Positions 57,877 through 64,000 of a DNA stretch of 64,000 bases are shown here, one piece after another. The stretch lies in assembly GCF_009914755.1 (NCBI RefSeq), contig NC_060925.1; one strand, written 5' to 3'. A model generated the notes under the pieces. That model worked only from the letters and a program-made list of their open reading frames with translations. It was not told the DNA's origin and did no database searches. How positions within the stretch are numbered: position 1 is the first letter of the stretch; each line of letters begins with the position of its first letter. A program made the translations under genes and the position numbers. This DNA is from the human T2T-CHM13v2.0 reference genome, Homo sapiens.

Positions 57877-59317
57877 GACAACTTAGATGTAGAGACTTTC
57901 ATCATCAAAGAGGCTATAAGTGTTCAAAACCCTGACAAAGTCAGAATAATGAAACTCACTAAAATCAGGATGCAGGAGAAGGCGTGAGAGGACTCAACTT
58001 TCTTATCTACACTGCCTAAACTTAAAACCCTATGTTAAAAAAACAATAAGTACTCTAACTTCCTAACGTTTCAGAAGACTTTTTTAAAACCTACGTCTTG
58101 TGTGTGAAGGTGCAATTTGTCTGAAATTTGGGTATCCCTTCAGTGTCAGTTTAGTTTCATTTTCGTTTGTTGAAGTCAAATGAGCATTTGTCCTTTTATT
58201 TAAAATACCATGGAGAGTATGAGTTCATTATCGTAGCGCATGCTCAGTGTATCCAGCCTGCCTTTCTTCCTCTGTGTATATTCACAGAGGGGTGCTGGGG
58301 TGAAGGCCAAGCAATGTTAGCAGTGGTTATTTCTAAGGGGTGGGATCACAGTGGCCTTCTTGCTTCTTTGTCTCTGTGTTGTTTGATTTTTTTTTAAGAT
58401 TAACATGGAAATAATAAAGCCATTCTAAAAATTAAGCAAAAAGAAAAGTTTTAAAAGAGCAAACAAAATAGCACGACCCTGTTCGTGGCTTCATAGGCAG
58501 CTCTCATGTTTGTCCTTCCTTCTTCCACCCCACCTCCCACCTGGCTGCAGCCCCAGGGGACTGGCTGCTTTCCCTCCTCACCATCTCATTGGATGTTTGT
58601 TTGCATCCTGGTGACCGGTGCATTCCTGAAGGGATCTGAACGGGTGAATGCAGGGCCCTGGAAGGCCCAGAGGCTGTGCACTGCCTCACTCCACATGTGT
58701 TTGTGATAAAAACAGGGCTCAAGATGAAACTGGTCTGGGACGGTTCCTGCCAGTTTTACTGTAGGTCCAAGGAAGGCCCCTGGATGTATGGGGATGTATC
58801 TGGACTCGGATTTCACTGTATTTTTTTTCAGTTCTGAGGAAAGTATGAATGCCAGTGTTATTTATTCACTGTTCAGTTTCTCAAGTTTGTTTTAGTAGTT
58901 CTTGCTTTGAGAATAAATATCGGAACTCTGTGAGGAAGGCATTCCAGAAATAAAGCTGGCTATTCATGGCATGGTTTTTGGCAAATACCTTCCCTCCACT
59001 ACGGAGGGAAACTCTGTTTACCTTTTTGAAGAGTCGGCAGAAACCCAGGTTCACAGTTCTGCCACCAAAAGAAGAAAGCAGTTCAGTTCAGTGAGAGGAC
59101 AGACTCAGCATGATGGAAAAAAGGCTGAGCTGTGCTGGCTAAGCGTTTGATTTCAGGAGTAAAAAAACGCTCTTTCTATGTTAAAGCTGCAATTAACGTT
59201 CTTGGATAGCTCTCACAGTAACTTAAATAGGTAATCTAGATTTTCTCTTACCTAAAAGGACACTTAAATCTCATTTTCTTCAATAATTAGAATTTTCTAT
59301 AAAATGAGAATAATACC

Positions 59318-59596
59318 GGCCAGGCGCAGTGGCTCACGCCTATAATCCCAACACTTTGGGAGCCCGAGGCAGGCAGATCACATGAGGTCAGGAGTTTGAG
59401 ACCAGCCTGGCCAACATGGTGAAACCCTGTCTCTACTAAAAATACAAAAATTAGCCAGGCGTGGTGGGTGCCTGTTGTCCCAATTACTCAGGAGGCTGAG
59501 GCAGCAGAATCAATTGACCACAGGAATACAATCGCGCCATTGCACTTTAGCCTGGGCGACAGAGTGAGACTCCCTCTCAAAAAAAAAAAAAAAAAA
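59318..59596 (+). mobile_element. AluS with rearranged right arm, inside a MIR
   Basis: TSD gaataatacc 59308-59317 and 59608-59617. Confidence 0.9.
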
Positions 59597-60049
59597 GAGG
59601 CAGCAGGGAATAATACCACCCATGGTGATTATTTCACTGAGTTGTGGTGAAAACAGATGAGATCTAATGAGACGATGATCCGAGGGTGACTGGCCACGAA
59701 GCACAAACATAAAGCATCATGGAACATTGGAGTTGGTGGAAGTCTTTTCCAAGCAGCAAAGTGAGGGCCCTTGAGAAGTGACGTGATTTGGTGGAAGCCG
59801 TTCCGCAAGTCTTTGGAGGCAACATGACTGGAATCCAGCCTCTTTCCACTAAGCCATCCTGCCACATCCTCAGCTGTTTTCAATGGTGCATCTCATGAGA
59901 ACACCACTTTGTTATTTTGAACTTTCCAGGAGAAAAAGCACAAAGTACAGCTCAAAGTAAAGTTTTCCAGCAGATGGGCCTGAACGAGTTAGAGGTCCAC
60001 TTCATGGAAGATGGACACAACATCTATGACACGCGTGGAACCGGGGGCA

Positions 60050-60212
60050 CACTACTTTACCTCTCTGTGCTTTAGTTTCCTTAACTACCTCATCGGGTTG
60101 GAGTTAAGAGGACTAAATGAGTGAATGTGTTCGGGGAGAGGTAGCATAGAGCCTGGCACATAGTACATGCAAGATTAATGCCATTATTATTTATTATTAG
60201 CGTTATTATTTA
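60050..60212. mobile_element. MIR 3' end
   Basis: gagcctggcacatagtac...ttattatttattattag. Confidence 0.7.
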
Positions 60213-62344
60213 TTTACACACAGAAGTTGCACACCTGCCTACTGACTGGAAAAGAAAAAGGCCACAGATGGAAATTAGAAAGTTGTAGCTATCATTAGGT
60301 CTGTGCCAAGGCATTTGGGATATATCACTAAGGCATCCACCGAGGTGGGGGTGGAGGGGAGCCAGAGTGCCTGGAGGAGTTACTATTCCTAATACTCCTA
60401 TTTTCTCCCAAGAAGAACTCACGGTCTTTGGGCCTAGCCCCTGGCTTATGACTGCTGGCGGGTCGGTGTGCTCAATGGCTGCATGGCCACCACAGCATTT
60501 CCACCCAACTCCAGCAGAGCCCCGTAGGCATTGTGGAGGTGCTTGGGGAGTCTCCTAGGCTTGAATAGGAATGAGCCTTGGAAGGTGCAGAGCTTCGTGG
60601 CTCAGCAGAAGATGGTGATGAGGGAGATCTGACCTGAACTTCCCCAGGGCAGCCTGGGAGAGCTTCCAGAGGCACAGGCTGAAAATCGTGAGTCCTCCTG
60701 AAACTTCCTTTCACTGCTCTTGCTCCACACTCTGCATCAGCCCCACCCACCGAGGGCTGACCCCCGACTCTTCCAGACCTGTTTCCCATTTCTCCTCTGC
60801 TGGGGCCCCCCAGTAGCCTGCTGGTATGCTCATGTCTGTGGCTCATGTTGCTGGCTCCTGCTGCTGCCTCCTACCCTGCTGGAGACAGGCAACACTGGGG
60901 CCAGCTCGTATGCCACTTCCATGAAGCCTTCCCTGATCCCTCCTGCTGGGCCCTCTCTTCCCCTCTCCCTCCAGCTTGTGGTTCTGCTCTTTGTGGCCCT
61001 CACATGTGCACTTGTGCTATGTATTTCATTGTTTTGAAGCCCTCACAGCCACACAGGGCGTCCTCATTGTGTTCTTCCCCCAGTGCTTCTCAGCCACTCG
61101 GGACAGTCCCAGGTGACCAGTCCATTAAAGTCTGAAAACTAATCCACCTGTACCTGGAGGGAGTCTTGGATCCCAAGCAAGGGAGTGAGAATTGGGACAT
61201 AATATTGAGATACTACCAATGCCAACTTGGGAATCCTTCCTCGTATCTGTCTTGTGTGTTTATAGCTTCAATTTCAAGACAGAAATATCCACCCACCTGT
61301 TTTGTGATGCTAAAGAAGTATGCACACTGAATTTTGGGAATAAATCAAAAGCCGAATGCCACTACCTCCTGCTTGCTTGTTTAAAGGTTAGCCTTTAGGA
61401 TCTCTTAACTTCCACAACCAATAAAACGTGTTTCCTAGTCCTTATTATGGCCAATCATTTCCACATTTTGTTAGAGTCTGCAGATTACCTTGGCACGTTA
61501 ATCCTGAGTTCTGTCATCCCAGGCAAATACAAATGCTCAGAACAAGGACTTACGATGAAAATGTTAGTGCACTCCATCTTCCAGCTGCCTGACAAGCAGC
61601 TTCTACTCAGAATAAGTATAAATTAGCTAATGCTGAAGCTGCAGAAATGTTTAATCCGTATCCTGTGTCTTGAGTGATTCCTCCCTCCTCCCCCTATTCA
61701 TTCAGATGTTAATTCTAGATCTCTCTGTTGCACTCAGGGTTGAATCTGGTAAAATGCTAGTGGTATGGTACCTGCAGGAAGGCATATATAATTTCTCTAT
61801 CAGAGTGCTTTTAATGCCCTCTTTCAGTGGGCCTGATACATAAGAAAAGATAAATGCTTATGGGCCCCAAAACTCTTTGGAGTCAACACATGCATGAGAA
61901 AGTATAATACCTTTTTAAATTTTAATCATTTTAGCCAAAGAGCGAAATCTGTTTTTACTGCTTATGAGAGATGGTGCTAAATTAAATACGAGGCAGTGAT
62001 CTTCAGAAAAAGAAGTCCCCACAAAAACAGTGCTTCCCCATGGGAAGCAAGAAGCACTTTAGGAAGCTTAGAGTGGGGAAGTGATGGGGTGGTGGGCTGG
62101 AGACAGCCTGAATGAAGAGAGGAGGCAGAGACAGAGGCTGAGCGGCAATGGTGGAGCTGCTGTAAGACGATGCTGGGGGCTGGCAGGTGGTCTAAAAAGC
62201 CCTTTCCTGGATCCCTGTGGGTGTGAGGGATTAAAGCCTACAGGTAAAGCAACTACAGGCCCCTGCCACACCTCCTCAGGTGCTTAAAGAGTTGCCTCTG
62301 TGTTCCCAGTTGTAAATGAGATCATCTTTGGTGATGTCTGGATG

Positions 62345-62580
62345 ATAATAACCACTCTTTATTACACATTTTCTCTGTGCTTTACAGGGAGTAGGTTCTT
62401 TAATCCTCCCAACATCCCTTTGCGGTAGGTGCTGTAAGTCATTTTATAGATGAGGAAATTGAGGTCTTAGAGAGGTTAGATCATTTGCCCAAGACCAACA
62501 GCTAGTCAGTGGTAGAATTGGGATTTGAGCACAGAGACAGTCTGGCTACAGAGCCTGTGCTTACCGTAACCACCATGCTT
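62345..62580. mobile_element. MIR
   Basis: cattttatagatgaggaaattgaggtcttagagaggtta...tttgcccaagacc...gggatttgagc. Confidence 0.85.
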
Positions 62581-63090
62581 TTAAATAGCAATTTTTCCTA
62601 ATGAAAATTGATAGTGTAATGTCCAGAAGGTTAGAATTTAAAAAATTAAAATAAAACGGTCTCTGTCTCATGGATTCACCAGGGGACCTGGGGGAAATGC
62701 CCTTGATCTTGGTTTCCAGTCTATAAAAGAACAATTATGCCATTCTTCACCCACCCATCCTACAGATGTGCTTTGAGGATGAATGAATAGATTGGTCATC
62801 AGGGCTTTGAAAACCCAAGATGATTGAAGATGCCTAGTTAAATAATATGAGTAAATGAGTTTCCACATCCCTGCACAAGACTCAGGCCCCCAAACTGGAG
62901 CAGCTTTCCAGCAACAGCTGGTTTGAGATTTTCAAAGCAAATTTCACGCACATTCTATGTAAGTCCAAAACCAAAATTTCCTTGTGGAACTTTCTTTTTT
63001 TTTTTTGCAGGAAATTCATCTGACGTCTCACTGAAAATCTCTAAGGCAAGCATGGTGCCCTATCAGGGATATGGTTTCCAGCCTTTTGTC

Positions 63091-63412
63091 TTTTTTTTTT
63101 TGAGGCGGAGTCTCGCTCTGTCACCCAGGTTGGAGTGCAGTGGTGCGATCTCGGCTCACTTCAACCTCTGCTTCCCGGGTTCAAGCGTTTCTCCTGCCTC
63201 AGCCTTCCCAGTAGCTAGGATCATAGGCATGTGCCACCACGACTGGCTATATATATATATATACACATATATATGTATATTTTGTATTTTTAGTAAAGAC
63301 AGGGTTTCACCATGTTGGTCAGGCTGGTCTTCAACTTCTGACCTCTTGATCTGCCCCAACCCCTGGCCTCCCAAAGTGCAGGGATTACAGGCATGAGCCA
63401 CCGTGCCTGGCC
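63091..63412 (-). mobile_element. AluS with a (TA)n microsatellite in its middle linker
   Basis: TSD cagccttttgtcttt; (TA)n at ~63248-63280. Confidence 0.92.
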
Positions 63413-63875
63413 CAGCCTTTTGTCTTTAAGAACCAAACATTCTTCTCTTGCTGGCCTTGAAGAGGGAGTTTGGTAAATTGGGTCAGTTAATTCTGCTCCC
63501 TTAACCCTATGCTTGTTAGTGGTCTTCATCTCTTCTACTTACTCTATTAGGACCCGCACTGTGGGAGGCTGATTACTGCAGTAGACTCCACACTGATTTC
63601 CTTACGATGTGTCTGAAGGGGTGTACAAAAGGGTTAATTTGTATATCATGAAATAAAAAACTTTCATCCTTTATCCAAACCAAAAGGAATGACAACAACC
63701 CAAGCAGGTAGTATTCTCATGTATTTTCCCAGGAAAGTTATAAATTCTTGTTGTAATCTGCAATGCAAGTAGCATTTTTAAAGATTTCAAGAGACATAAA
63801 TGGTCTTGAAATGTAGTCATAAGGGGAAGGTATTTTGGAAAAAATAACCTGAGAAATCGTCTCATGTGAACATAA

Positions 63876-63876
<1 letters not shown>

Positions 63877-63910
<34 letters not shown>
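63877..63910. repeat. (CA)17 microsatellite
   Basis: Perfect 34-nt CA run. Confidence 0.97.
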
Positions 63911-63911
<1 letters not shown>

Positions 63912-64000
63912 TTGTAGTCTTTGATATAGTAATCTTGTTTCTGAGAATTTATGCTTAAGAAATTATCTAAAATCAGGAAATCAAGAGTTCATTGCATAGT

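Overview
Human (primate) genomic DNA covering the middle of SLC44A3 (choline transporter-like protein 3, CTL3) on the + strand. Nine coding exons can be read directly: 1538-1674, 2524-2617, 11742-11902, 13979-14068, 16031-16155, 19309-19495, 31366-31531, 38778-38934 and 41366-41452. All have canonical AG/GT boundaries and join in one open frame (by recall, exons 4-12 of 15). The 5' exons and the last exons lie outside the window. The rest is intronic and repeat-rich: about 28 Alu elements (including a young AluYa5 and an AluYe5), old L1, a near-complete HAL1, L2, MIR, MER20, MER58B, Tigger3a and an MLT1 LTR. Almost all ORFs in the supplied track are Alu-derived or chance. I found no new protein-coding system. 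The best leads are: (i) a CpG-retaining MER20-associated enhancer/antisense-promoter candidate at ~28.6-29.5 kb with a perfect minus-strand splice donor; (ii) a 54-bp fold-back hairpin built by templated insertion inside an L1 3'UTR; (iii) a 5'-truncated AluYa5 with a 50-nt A run, probably polymorphic; (iv) splicing features: three consecutive NAGNAG acceptors, an AluJ poison-exon candidate, circRNA-favouring Alu geometry and a decoy terminal exon. Repeat subfamily calls are by eye from remembered consensus sequences.
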